Source of the DNA: Prasinococcaceae sp. CCMP 1430
Lineage: Eukaryota; Plantae; Prasinodermophyta
Direction of reading: 5' to 3'
DNA: 64,000 nucleotides
Assembly: GCA_013416795.1 (NCBI GenBank)
Contig: RQSC01000019.1
Coordinates: 211,736 to 275,735 of the forward strand
A program made the position numbers and the translations under genes. The notes under the pieces were generated by a model that was not told the origin of the DNA, searched no databases, and was given only the letters and a program-made list of their open reading frames with translations. Each line of letters starts with the position of its first letter. Within the stretch, counting starts at the first letter, position 1. Below are positions 9,676 to 20,700 of the stretch, in pieces.

Positions 9676-11988
9676 GTGGTTGGCCCGCGCGCGCGCCCGG
9701 GCGCGCGCGCGCGCGCGAAAAGCGCGAAGCGGAAAAAAAAGGAGGGAAAGAAGTTTTCGAGCCCACAGCGCGCGCGCGCGCGCGCGCGCCCCCACAGGGT
9801 GGAGAGGGCGTTGGGCGCGGCCGTCGCTGTCGTCTGGGGGGAGGGGCGGAGGGCTGGGGGAAGCGAGTCGCGGTCGCGGTCGGTGCCGCGCGCCCGCCCG
9901 CCGGCGGCGGCGGCGCTCCCGCCGGAGCTCGTGGTCTCCTTCCCGGCGGTGCGCTCGGTGCTGTGGGATGCGACGCCCCTCGGCGAATGCTCCGAGGGGG
10001 ACGCGAGCGCGGACTCGCCCCCGTCGAGGGGCTGCAGCGACGCCGTGCCGGAGGTCGAGCTGACGCGCCGCGCCGCGCACGAGGCGCGCGAGCTGGCGGT
10101 CGCGCCGCCGCCGCAAGGCGCCGTGCTGCGAGGCGTGTGGGGCGAGCGGGAGGGGGGGCGCGCGGTGCTCGAGCTGCGAAGCGCGGAGGCGGCCAAAGGC
10201 TACGGCGCGGCAGCCGTCAGGGGCCCGCCGCCGGTCGCGGGCGAGGTCACCGTCCCGCTCGAGCTGGGGGCAGCCACCTCCGCCGACGCCGCCGCGCCGG
10301 CGTCCATCGCGCTCGAGCTCACGCGGGCGGTCGTCGAGGGCGTCGAGGCGGTCGGCGATGCCGGAAACGGCCTCATGCAGAAGATGGTCCCCGCCTCGGC
10401 ACGCCTGGACGTCGGGAGCGGCGCGCTGAGGGTAGCCGTGGGAGCGTCCACTGCACCCGTGGCGTTGACGCGCATCAACCCGCCACGCCTGTGCAGGTGC
10501 GCGCTGGCCGACGCGCTCGCGCGCGGCACCCTGCGGGGCGACGCGCGCGCGCAGAGCGGCTTCGTCACGCTCGACCAGAGCCGCAAGGCTCTCCCCCTCC
10601 TCGAGTCGGAGGCCCGCGCGTACTCGGCGCCGCTGGTCGGCGTGTGGGTGGCCGGCGTGGAGTCGGAGGCGTCGCTCCTCGTGCACGCCGCCGCCGTGCG
10701 ATTCGCGTGCACGTCGGCGCTCAAAGATAAGGCCACGCAGCAGGGGAAGTTCCTGGTCCTTGTCTTCGCCCACGGCTGCGGTGGGGCGCCGTCATGCTTT
10801 GAGTGCTCCATCGACGAGGACTGCAGCAGCCTGGTGGCGTACGTGACTGAGAGAGACGTGTCAGCCGTCGACGCGATGGCCGACGGCGAGTCGGCACTGT
10901 TGCGCCTCACGTCCTCGGCATGGGCGGCCGTGGCGTTGCAAACGCGGCTGGTCTCGAAACAGGCCGTCCTGACGCCGAAGCAGCTTGCTGCGCGGGCCGC
11001 GCGCAAGGGCGAGCAGGCGGAGGCGGCACGCGCGAGGCAGCGCGCCGCAGAGGCCGTCCGGCCGAAGTACGACCACGCGGCACAGGCCGCTCTGGAGCGC
11101 GAGTTCGAGGAGCGAGCCTCGCGCGACAGGCAGCAGCTCGACGCGCACGCGCGAGGGGAGGCAGACACAGACGCGGGGCCGCAGCCGCTCGCCCAGCCAT
11201 GGACGGAGGAGTGCGCCCCCGGCGGACCTGCGCTGCCACCGCCCCACGCCACTCCATACGTGCCTAGCAATGCCGTGCCGAGGATACCTGGTGAGGCCGA
11301 GCGCGCCGAGGTCGGTGCGCTGGCCGCGATCCTCGAGCGATTCGGCCTGCGCGATGTGGAGGACCTCAGTGCGCTTGTGTTCCGCCAGCAAGAGAGCATC
11401 GCAAAGCTCCAGGAGGAGGTCGCCGACATGCGCGTGCGGCTCACGGCCGCCACGACGAGAGCCGCTGTGGCGGCCGCTCCCTTCGTGCCGCCGGCGGCCT
11501 CCGCGGGCGTGTCGCGTCCTGCTTTGCCGCCCCCGGCGTTGCAAAGCCTCGAGGCTACGGCCTCAGTCGGCGCCGCCCGCATCCAAGATGCAGACCTGGA
11601 CGCGCTCGCCCTGAACGGAGATGAAGAGGACGAGGACATTGAGTCCGCCATGATGCTGGACCCCGACGCGATCGCCTCCGGTGATTCTGCCCTGGGCCTG
11701 CAGTCGCCTGACACGCTGCCAACCATTGTGTACCAGCCACTGTCTGACGATGACGAAAGCGACAGAAGCGACGCCGAGGACACCGAGGACGCCGACGCCC
11801 CCATAGCAGGCGAGTACGTGCTGGTTGGACATGGCTCTCCGCATGCGGACGCGGACACGGCGGCGCGCTCTGATGAGGACGCAGGCGATGTCCCGCGCAT
11901 CACCGCCGAGCTCGAAGACCTCGACGTGCCCGCCGCGACGCGCGCGGGCGAGACGGAGAGTGCGGATGAAAGTAGCGAGGATCACTAG
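9676..11988 (+). CDS. STIL: STIL (SCL-interrupting locus)/SAS-5-like protein: STIL_N domain plus short coiled coil; true start unresolved
   Basis: FPAVRSVLWDATPLGE and GFVTLDQSRKALPLLESEARAYSAPLVGVWV match the STIL N-terminal motifs (FP....LW.P.P.G; GFLTMDxTRKxxxLLESDPK..SLPLVGxW). Coiled coil LVFRQQESIAKLQEEV. The first in-frame ATG (10375) lies downstream of conserved sequence, so the 5' end is incomplete. Confidence 0.72.
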   Translation: MVGPRARPGARARAKSAKRKKKEGKKFSSPQRARARARPHRVERALGAAVAVVWGEGRRAGGSESRSRSVPRARPPAAAALPPELVVSFPAVRSVLWDATPLGECSEGDASADSPPSRGCSDAVPEVELTRRAAHEARELAVAPPPQGAVLRGVWGEREGGRAVLELRSAEAAKGYGAAAVRGPPPVAGEVTVPLELGAATSADAAAPASIALELTRAVVEGVEAVGDAGNGLMQKMVPASARLDVGSGALRVAVGASTAPVALTRINPPRLCRCALADALARGTLRGDARAQSGFVTLDQSRKALPLLESEARAYSAPLVGVWVAGVESEASLLVHAAAVRFACTSALKDKATQQGKFLVLVFAHGCGGAPSCFECSIDEDCSSLVAYVTERDVSAVDAMADGESALLRLTSSAWAAVALQTRLVSKQAVLTPKQLAARAARKGEQAEAARARQRAAEAVRPKYDHAAQAALEREFEERASRDRQQLDAHARGEADTDAGPQPLAQPWTEECAPGGPALPPPHATPYVPSNAVPRIPGEAERAEVGALAAILERFGLRDVEDLSALVFRQQESIAKLQEEVADMRVRLTAATTRAAVAAAPFVPPAASAGVSRPALPPPALQSLEATASVGAARIQDADLDALALNGDEEDEDIESAMMLDPDAIASGDSALGLQSPDTLPTIVYQPLSDDDESDRSDAEDTEDADAPIAGEYVLVGHGSPHADADTAARSDEDAGDVPRITAELEDLDVPAATRAGETESADESSEDH

Positions 11989-12338
11989 TAGGCTTCGCCA
12001 CCGCCACGCAGCCACGTGCCGTCTGCGTGGAGCCCGACGTCGACGCACTCGTCCCTCTCGACGAAGACGAAGGCCGCGTTCATGGCTTCTAGCCCAGCAG
12101 GAATCTCTCAAGCGCTGGGACGCACGCACCCGCGCCCGCGCACACAGTAATCGCAGGTAAATGACACCGTCGAATTGACTGCACAGTTCCTGCAAAGGCT
12201 GCCAACTGGGCTGCTCAATTATGCTACGTGGTACAAAGGCGCGCGTCCTCGCGGTGCGTTGGTGGAGAGTAAGGGGGCTCGTGTGTCGCCTACTTCCTGA
12301 CGCACTTCGCCCGCGACTGCGCGCGTGGCGCTCCCCGC

Positions 12339-13745
12339 TCACGCGCTCCTAGTTTGCCCCCCGAGTGGCGTGCGCGTGCTCTTGAACTGCAGCAGCGACC
12401 GAAGGTCGGCATTGATCGCCTCGAAGAACTTGGGAGCCCGCGCCTTTCCCCTCGCGACGCCCAGGTTGATGCGCGCGACGTCGAGCAGCGCCCTGTCTGA
12501 AAGCGAGCGCGCGATCTCGAAGCCCCTCTCGAAGTATGCGATCGCGCGCTCGTGCTCGCCCATGCCGTGGTGGATGACGCCGAGCGAGATGCACGCACGC
12601 GCGTGGAGCTCGGGATCGCCGTGCCTGGAGAGTTCCAGGAACTGCTCCAGGTTTGAGACCGCGCCGTCGAGGTCTCCCACGTCCTGATACGTGCGCGCTA
12701 GTGCCGCGCATGCTCTGCCCTCCCCAGCAGCGTCCCCGAGCTCATTGCACACCTCCTTGTAGGTCGCGTGGAAGCGCATGGCGTCGTGCGGCTTGCCCAG
12801 GGTTTCGTGCGCGAGACCTAGCCGATGGTGGACATCCCCTTCGGCGGCACGGTCGCCCCCCGCGCGCGCGGCGCCCAGGCACTTGTGCAGCAGTCCCACC
12901 GCGCGCTCAGTCTCTCCTGCTTGTTCCGCAGCGTGCGCGAGCGCACGGTACACGCCCACCAAGCTCAGCTGCACGGAGCGCGCCGCGTCGTCCTCAGTGC
13001 CACCCCCAGCCATCTCGAGCGCGCGTTCGTGGTATCGCGCGGCCGTGGCGTGGTCGCCGAGGTGCGAGAAGGCCTCCCCCAGAGAGGCCGTCGCCGCGAG
13101 CGCGTCGCCCTCTGCGCCGACCGCGAGCGCCGCCGCGCGTGCCTCGCTCAAGTAGCGCACCGCCGAACGGAAGTCGCGCCGCTCCTCGAAGAATCGCGCG
13201 AGGTTGGTGTACGACGACACGACCGTCGCGCCATCCGAGTAGCGCCGCGCCAGGTCAGCGGCCACCAGGTTGTCCTTTAGAAACTCCATCGCGCCGGCGG
13301 GGATGGCACCGCCGACTGCGCTCGCGCTGTCGGCGCCGAGCGCGTCGGCGGGCCCGTCGTCAGCGCCGTTGGGCCGGTTCGTCGCGCCCTGAGTCCCGCT
13401 AGCGTCGATGCCACCGAGCTCCGCGGAGATAGCGCGATCGCCGGCGTGCGTGATCCTGGCAGGGCCGTCGGGCGCGCCCGCGCCGCGTTCGCGCGCGCAG
13501 ACGCAGGGGCGGTGTGCGTCAGCGCGGTCGCGGGCGAGTGGCAGTGGCGCGAGCACGCGCGAGCGAGCGCGCGGGACGGCGCGTATCGGCGCGCGCTCGC
13601 ACCGGAAGAACTCGCAGAATGCCGCCGGATGGCCCTCCGTGAGGATCTCGACGCACAGCGCCTGACGGCCCGCCACGCCAGGTGTGGGGGCGGCGTGGGC
13701 GTCGCTGCCGCTCGCCGCGACGAGCCCGTCGTGCTCGCCGTCCAT
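12339..13745 (-). CDS. TTC29: Tetratricopeptide repeat protein 29 (flagellar); exons 13745-13603 and 13455-12339
   Basis: LCVEILTEGHPAAFCEFF, LVAADLARR...VVSSYTNLARFF, followed by TPR helices and the C-terminal ARINLGVARG. A 147-bp GTGCGA...CCAG intron occupies 13602-13456. Confidence 0.75.
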   Translation of the reverse strand: MDGEHDGLVAASGSDAHAAPTPGVAGRQALCVEILTEGHPAAFCEFFRCERAPIRAVPRARSRVLAPLPLARDRADAHRPCVCARERGAGAPDGPARITHAGDRAISAELGGIDASGTQGATNRPNGADDGPADALGADSASAVGGAIPAGAMEFLKDNLVAADLARRYSDGATVVSSYTNLARFFEERRDFRSAVRYLSEARAAALAVGAEGDALAATASLGEAFSHLGDHATAARYHERALEMAGGGTEDDAARSVQLSLVGVYRALAHAAEQAGETERAVGLLHKCLGAARAGGDRAAEGDVHHRLGLAHETLGKPHDAMRFHATYKEVCNELGDAAGEGRACAALARTYQDVGDLDGAVSNLEQFLELSRHGDPELHARACISLGVIHHGMGEHERAIAYFERGFEIARSLSDRALLDVARINLGVARGKARAPKFFEAINADLRSLLQFKSTRTPLGGQTRSA

Positions 13746-13984
13746 CGCGTCGCGCGCGCGCGNNNNNNNNNGGCCAGTCGCGCGGCGACGGGCGCGTGCG
13801 CGTCGAGCGTCAGCGGCGCCCTGTCGCGCCGTGTCGCGCGTGGGGGGCGCGATGGGCGTGATGGGCGCGGGGGGCGCCTCGCACCTGCAGCTTGGCGTGG
13901 CCCTTCTCGGTGCACTCCTTGATGCGCGCGTTGTGCAGCGCGCGCTCGAGCTCGCCCATGACGGCGGTTGCGGGAGCGCCGCGG

Positions 13985-14236
13985 ATGGTCGTGCTCGCGG
14001 TGTGGAGCGCCAACGAGCTCGTCGGCCTCGTCGCCGGCGGCGTGCTGCTCGGCACGGCGGCGGCGGCGACGCGCGTGGACGCCTTCGTCGCGGGATCGCA
14101 GCGGCGTGAGCTCGGGCTGTGTGACGTCTGCGGCGGCGTGGGGAAAGTGCGCGGCAAGGGAGGGGAGCTCGAGCGCTGTCCGAAGTGCGGCGCACGGCCG
14201 GGGGACGCGGCACGCCAACCGCCCCGTCGCCAATGA
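13985..14236 (+). CDS. Small membrane-anchored DnaJ-type zinc-finger protein (plant/algal plastid type)
   Basis: TM segment ELVGLVAGGVLLGTAAAA, then TRVDAFVAGSQRRELGLCDVCGGVG...CPKCG (CxxCxGxG motifs). An upstream in-frame ATG at ~13922 may add a transit peptide, and a 3' exon is possible. Confidence 0.6.
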   Translation: MVVLAVWSANELVGLVAGGVLLGTAAAATRVDAFVAGSQRRELGLCDVCGGVGKVRGKGGELERCPKCGARPGDAARQPPRRQ

Positions 14237-14435
14237 CAGGCGCCCCGCCCGCGCGGCCGTGAGCCCCTCGCTCTCTCGCGCGCGCTGGGCTCGAGGGCAC
14301 GCGGCTCCCGCCGACTCTGCGCTGCCTCTGCGCCCGCGCCGGGGCTGTGAGCCGCGTCGCCTATTATTACTATTATTTTGCACACATCCCGCGCCAGTGG
14401 AGGGGGGTGGGGGAAGCTCGCTGCCGCGACGGCCT

Positions 14436-15430
14436 TCACAGATCGTAGTGCTCGTACAGGCCTAGGTCGAGGTCAGACGTGCCGTCTAAGTCCGGCTCGT
14501 ACAGGTCCGAGAGGTTCGCGATGGACTGCGCCCCGTGCACGTCGCTGCCCACGCGCGCGCAGCGGTCGACGCAGCGCGACTCGCAGCGGTCGTAGCATCC
14601 GGGCGTGCTCGTCTCAATGTACTTCCCGCTCGCGTCGAAGTAGCCGCAGTCGTCTGCCGCATGCGGCGAGCGTGCGTGCGCGCGGCGCGGCACCCGCGCG
14701 TCAGCATGCGTGCAGCCGGTATTGGCGCTCCGCGGAGGCGGGCCAGGCGCGCGCGGGCGGACCTTCGCAGTCGACTTGGCAGTTGTCCTCGCAGAGCCCC
14801 TCTGCGCCCGCGTCGTCCGCGTAGGAGTCGTCCAGCAGCCCCGACAGGTGAACCTCGCGGGGCTCGACCTCGCCCGTGTCCACGTTGAACACGAACACGT
14901 GCACGACATCCACGCAGGTCTCCATGCACTCCTGTGCGCATTCGTCCGTGCAGTCGAGCAGGGCCTCGTCGGAGCTCGCGCCGCCCTCCTCGCACGTGGT
15001 CAGGCAATCGCCTGAGCACCTGAGTTCGCAGTTCGTGCAGTCCTCAGGCGGCACGATAGTCTGCGAGCGCAAGTGGTTCGCGAAGCATCGATGAAAGCAC
15101 AGCATCGCCGCATCATCCTCATCTGACGGCTCAGGCTCGGCGTAGTAGAAGTCCTCTGGCCACGGCATCCCACACTCGGCCGTGCACGCCTCAGTGCCCG
15201 CATCCATGCAGCTCTCCGCCGGCGTGGCGGGCACCCCCGCGTCGTGCTCGTCATGGCAGGCGTCCTCGCATCGCTGGAAGCACGCCGCCCCGTGCTCCAA
15301 CGGGTACTCCCACTCCGAAGCACCCGCCTCGCCGGCCATGCACGCCGGCTCGCGGCAGCACTCGGCGATGCAGCGCACGCCACAGGCGCGCACGCAGCCC
15401 GCCTCGCGTTCGCAGAGCTGCGCACCGCCG
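14436..15430 (-). CDS. Acidic cysteine-rich protein with repeated CxxxCxxxC motifs; spliced, 5' end unresolved
   Basis: ORF 14701..15591 (CFQRCEDAC, CTNCELRCSGDCLTTC, CTDECAQECMETC, CEDNCQVDC) continues after an intron into ORF 14436..14909 (CYDRCESRCVDRC...YDL*). Confidence 0.55.
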
Positions 15431-15951
15431 CCGGCGGCGCCCCTCGCGCCGCGCGGCGCTCCGCCGACGCGCCGCTCGCCGTGCGCCGTGTGCCGCGCCC
15501 CGCGCCCGCGCGCGTTGCGGCGGATCCACCTTCTGCTGATGGCACGATAACTAGCTCCTGTCCCGATCGAGAACCCTACCCAAAACACCAAAACCCAAAC
15601 ACGGACAATCTGTTTGTGGCTGGCGTGTGCGCACCCCGTGGCGCGCGCGCGTTCGGCGCGCCCTTATCGTCATTTATCGGCCTCGCGCGGGCGGGCGCGC
15701 GGGCGGGCGCTAGGCGCGCACTGCGGCGCCCCGTGGGGCCAGCCGCGCGGCTCCCGCACGAGGGCACCCTCCACCTTCGTGCCTGCAACAAGCACGGCAT
15801 CCCCCCCGCGCGCCACCGCGCGCGCATGACGTGCTGCTGTGGGAGCCAGAAAGTGGAACTTAATGGCCACCCCTTCCTATCCGAGGGGAGAAAGGGCCAG
15901 GGGGGAGAGGTGAGGCCGCCGCGCCTGTGCCGCAACTCCGAAGGTCCGCGC

Positions 15952-16540
15952 TCACAGCGAGCCCGTGACCCACGCGCCCAACAGGATAATAGTGCCGCCC
16001 ACCAGGAGCGACGTCAGGAAGGGGTTGCCGTCGCCGCCTTGCGTCCCCTGCTCGTCGTACAGGCCGCCCACCTCGCGCCGCAGCCGCTCCTGCAGGCAGC
16101 CACCCGCAGCAGCGCGTGCGGGGCAAGGGTACGCGCATATCGCGCGCGTCAGCGCACGCCCGAGCGGCGACCTGGCGGGCAGGCTGGTGGCAGAGGGGGG
16201 GGGGAGGATGAGTTCGGGGCCACTGCCGCCGCCGCGCGCGCGCCTGCCTGCGGCCGCCTGGCGCACCTTCATGGCGTCAGAGACGTTGTCCTTCTGCCGC
16301 TCCATTTCGTTGTCGTTGACGTACAGCTCGTCGTCGTCGACGTACAGGTAATCGCCTCCCTCCTGCGCCTCCTGCGCCACCTCTTCCCCCTGCTCTGCCT
16401 CCGGCGCCTCGGTGGGCTTGGAGCTGCCCGCCAGCAGCGCGTCCAGCTTCGAGATGGTGTCCTCAGCGCCCCCCTCGCTGCCGCCCGCCGCGCGCAGCGG
16501 CGCCGCGACTGGCGCCGCCGCGTGCCCGCACTCTGCCGCG
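15952..16540 (-). CDS. Hypothetical protein with acidic region and C-terminal TM helix, probably plastid; spliced
   Basis: EDTISKLDALLAG...YLYVDDDELYVNDNEMERQKDNVSDAMK, then a GTGCGC donor, then ERLRREVGGLYDEQG...NPFLTSLLVGGTIILLGAWVTGSL*. Confidence 0.45.
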
Positions 16541-16626
16541 CGGCGGCGAAACGGGGCAAAAATTGGGACGGAGGGTGCTGCTCAGTGGCTCCGCCCGTGC
16601 CACACGCCGAGCATGGGCGGGCACGC

Positions 16627-17438
16627 ATGGTCGACGGTGCCGTAAGCGCCGCCGGCGCGGCCGCTCGCGCCGCTCGAGCGCTCGCGCTTGCGCGCTCGCG
16701 CAGCGTGCTCAACGCGGCGGAGGCGGCCCCGAGCGCGGAGCTCGAGCTCGCGCTGGACTGCGTGCAGGCGCTCGTCGCCGACGAGGGGGTGCGCTGGGCC
16801 GCCGACCTGCAGCCCGCCGATGCCGACGAGCATTTCGGTGATATCCTACGCGATGCCGCGGACGTTCCGCACGATGAGGCGGCAGACTTTGCGAGCGAGC
16901 TGAGGCGCGCCTGCAGAGAGGTGTGTGCGCCGCCGCATGCGCCCCCTCTGCGTGCGCCCGCGGTGGCTTAGCTCTGGCGCGGGTGCACAGTGGTGAGCGG
17001 AGGCGTGCCTCGACAACGCGCAAGCAAGCGCGCTCTCGCTAACGTAGCACCCCATCCCCATGCGCGATGGATAAGGTCGCGCGCGAGCACGAGGCTGCTG
17101 AAGCAGAGCGAGACGCCCTCCCTGCGGGCAGCTGCGCGCTGTGCGAGCGCGTGATGCCGACCACCCGGCACCACCTACACCCGCGCGACGAGCACGCGCG
17201 GCTGCTCCGGCGTGGCGTGAAGACGCGCGCCCAGCTGAACGCGACCGTGCCTATGTGCCGCCCCTGCCACGACTGCGTGCACGAGCACATATCAAACGCC
17301 GACCTGGCTGACGTGTACAACAGTGTCGAGAAGCTGCTCGAGTGCGACAGCATCCACCGCTTCGCGAGGTGGGCGTCCACGCAACGAGCGCGGAAGATGG
17401 CTGACGGCCACGACGTGAGTCTCAAGTACGCCAAGTGA
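16627..17438 (+). CDS. YisB-like HNH-fold zinc-binding protein; probable 5' exon 16627-~16922 and main exon ~17048-17438
   Basis: CALCERVMPTTRHHLHPR...CRPCHDCVH...YNSVEKLL...FARWASTQR follows the CxxC/HH/CxxCH pattern. Acceptor ctaacgtag ends at 17047. Confidence 0.7.
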
Positions 17439-17742
17439 GCAACTGCTGAAAGGGTGAGGCAGCTGTGCGACGCGGCGAACTTAGAGAGGGAGGGGGATAG
17501 ATCGCCTTGTGAAAATTATGTACGATACCTATCAGACTGCGCCGAGCGCGACCGGCCGGCATGCCGACCTATCAGCTCCCGCGCTGGCTTTCCCGCGCTG
17601 TCAGTAGCGTGCTTTCCAGCAGCGAGGCAGAGAGTGACGAAATGCCAGAGGGCTCACAGTCATTACTCTGTCGCATTGCTGTCTCCTATAACCATCCATC
17701 TTGAAAAAATTGCGCACCGTGCGCGAGTTTTGCTAGCCGCGC

Positions 17743-20700
17743 TCACGCGCCCTGAGCCTTGAGGAACTCGAACTCGGGGAGCTCCCCGAGCGCCTGCGGT
17801 ACGACCACGTCGTCGCTCTCTCCCTGCAGGTCGCCGAATTGCTTGCTGAGCTCTTCGATGGTGAAGGGGATCTGATTGTCGTCGTCCAGCAGGAAGCTGT
17901 TGCTGTGCGTGCTCGCGTTTTCCTCCTGCATCTGCATCTTCATGTTGCCGAGCACCTCGGCCGACACGGTCTCCGTGTTGAAGCGGTCGTCCCAGTACAT
18001 GGTGGAGATGCGGTACAGCTGCTGGATGGAGAGGGTTGGGCACAGGTCGTGTGTGATCTCGTCCAGGCTCTTCTTGGGCTTCTGGTGGATGACCAGAAAG
18101 GTGACCGCCTGGCGGATGCTCTTGAGCTCGTCCCACACACCACCGCTGCCGTCGCTCGCGTCCCCCGCCTTGTGCACCCAGCTCTCCAGCTCGGCAAGGC
18201 CAGTCTTGACGTACTCGCCGTTGGAAAACGAGCAGCACTCTCGCCTGAGCAGCAGCGAGTTGAAGAGCTGCACGTTCATGAACGAGAAGACCTGCTTGAG
18301 CAGCCGATCCGTGAGGAAGGCCGGCACGTGGTTGGCCCGCAGCGTCTCCAGCAGCGTGTCGAGGTGACCCACGATGCCGCTCCACTGCGCGCCATCGGCC
18401 GCCCCAGACTTGGAAGCGCCGCGGCGGTCCGGCTTGGGCGCCTGGATGCACTGCTGCAGAAGCGGCGTCACGTCCTTCTTGACGTTGTCGCGCAGCAGGC
18501 CGTAGATCTTCTCCACGAAGGCGGTCATCTGCTGCTTGAAGAGCAGTGCGGGATACTTGGCCTCAACCACCATCTCGCCGCCGTCCTTGATGGGCGAGCC
18601 CGCGCCCGGCGCTGGTGGCGGGGCGGCCATCCCGCCCGGGCCGGTGAAGGAGTCCTTCCAGCGGCGCAGGAGGTTGATCGAGCGGGAGCGGCTCCGCGCG
18701 GCGCCGCCGCCGGCGCCGCTCGTGCGCAGCGTGCGCTGCAGCAGGTGCAGCAGCGTCGACGTGTTTGTGAGCCAGTACGCGAGCGTGCGGTTGTCGTCGG
18801 TGTGCTGGTCGACGGCCGAGCTGATCACCATGATCACACGGTCGAACACGTTGGTGCGATCCGCCTCGAAGCTGCGCCAGTGCATGAGAGACTTGAAGAC
18901 CAACACCGCGGCGACGGGGCGGCCCTCGGCGCTAAAGCCGACGTCACCGCCCACGCAGCCGAGCAGCGCCTCCACGTCGGCGGCGCGCTCCATCGCGCCG
19001 AACGTGCTCGAGCGCCGCGCGCGCAGCGCAAGCGCCTCGCCGGCGTCCGCTGCAGCTCCGCCGAGCAAGGCGCGCCTGGCCCCGCCGCCGTCGGTCCCGC
19101 CACCACCGCCTCCGCCACCCGACAGCTGCGCCTTGGCCTTGAGCATGTAGTTCTCCTCGGCCAGCCCACGGTTGTGGGCCTCGAGCTCCTTGAGGCTATC
19201 GCCGATGGAGCGCACGCGCTCGTCCGCGTCGCGCTTGCCCGCCTCGGCATTCGCAGCGCGCTCGTCGGCCTCTTTGAGCTTGCCCTCCAGCATCTCCACT
19301 CGCGCCGCGAGGTTGTCGCGATCGGCCTGGAGCACGGCGATGCGACCGTTGGCCGCCTCGCGCTCGGCCTCGGCCGCGGCCAGCGCGGCGGCATCGTTTG
19401 CTTCGGCAAGCGCCTTCGCCTCCGCCTCCGCCTTGGCCCGTGCGACCGCGCGCTCCTGCTCCTCCTTCGCGCGCGCGAGCTGCTCCTCCATGACACGATT
19501 GGCTTGCTCGACCTCCCTGGTGCGCTCCGCGATCGCCTCCTCCTTCAGCTTGCGCTGGAGCTCTATTTGGAATTGCATCTGCTCGAGGCGCGCCTCGAGA
19601 GACTTCTTCGCCCCCTCCAGCGCGCCACGCTCACGCGCCTCCGCCTTGCGCTTCTTCAACTCGTCACGCGCCTTGCGCGCACGCAAGGCGCACTGCAGTG
19701 TGATGGTCGCCTGCCGCTTGCGCTGGTACGACGCGCGCGTGGTCGACCCGCGCCAGCGCGACTGGATGCGCAGCGCAGCCAGGTCCCTGCGCTGCGCGCG
19801 CGCAGCCTTGCGCGCCATGTGGCCGCGATAGTTCGCCTGCACGCGGATGGCCGCGTCCCTGTGGACGCGCAGGTTGCGCATGGCCAGCCAGCGGCGCCAG
19901 CACGTCTGGACGTACAGGGCCGCCTTGATTGCGCGGAGGTGCGCCGCCCTCCGGCGGGCGAGCATGCCGCGCGTGTACTTCTGCATGACGAGGTTGGCCT
20001 CCTTCACCTCGTGGTAGCTCTTCTGGGCGATCTGTCGGCGCACGTTCTTCTGGATGGCCGTGGCCGCCTTGTGCATCATCTCTGACCGCAGCTTGTCCAG
20101 CACGGCCATCTGGCCCGCGCGGAGGAAGACCTTGCTCTTCCCCAGCTGGTAGCCCTCGATGTCGGTGATGCGCTCCTCGAGGTCGGCGAGGACCGCCGCT
20201 GCCGCCTTGCGGTCGTCCGACCCGGCGGCATCGGCCTTCTCCCGCGCGAGCATCTTGAAGCGCGCGACGAACTCGTGGAAGTATCGGCGCGATGGGTAGC
20301 CCGCGCAGCTGATGCGCACGGCCTCGAGCACTCCACCGCACCGCAGCTGGTGCAGCACGTTGGCAGGCTCGAAGTCTGCGGGCCTCTGCGCCATGTTGGG
20401 CTTGATGCAGCGCACGTAGTGGGGCTCGGTCGCGTGCAGCGTCTCCATGAGCGCGACGAGGCTCCTCTTGAAGTTGGTGGCCACGGAGCTGAACTTGAAT
20501 CCGCCCCTCTTGCCGCCGCGCCCGCCGGCCTTGCCCGGCTTGTGATCTGGCTCGGGCTCCGGCTTGGGGAAGAGCTCACGCACGTGGTCCGCGCTCGAGG
20601 CCTCAAGCATGGCCTGGTGCTCAGGCACCAGGTAGTCCTTGTTCTTCTCCAGGAAGTAGTCAGTGGAGTACGTCACGTCGCCGGCGTAGTGCCGGATGGT

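Noticed and set aside
17839-20085. Long antisense ORFs (also 1995..4256, 32674..35787, 33059..35842, 61673..63835, 17..715)
   Set aside because: They are shadows of real genes, caused by strong GC3 bias and few stop codons. They carry no recognisable motifs.
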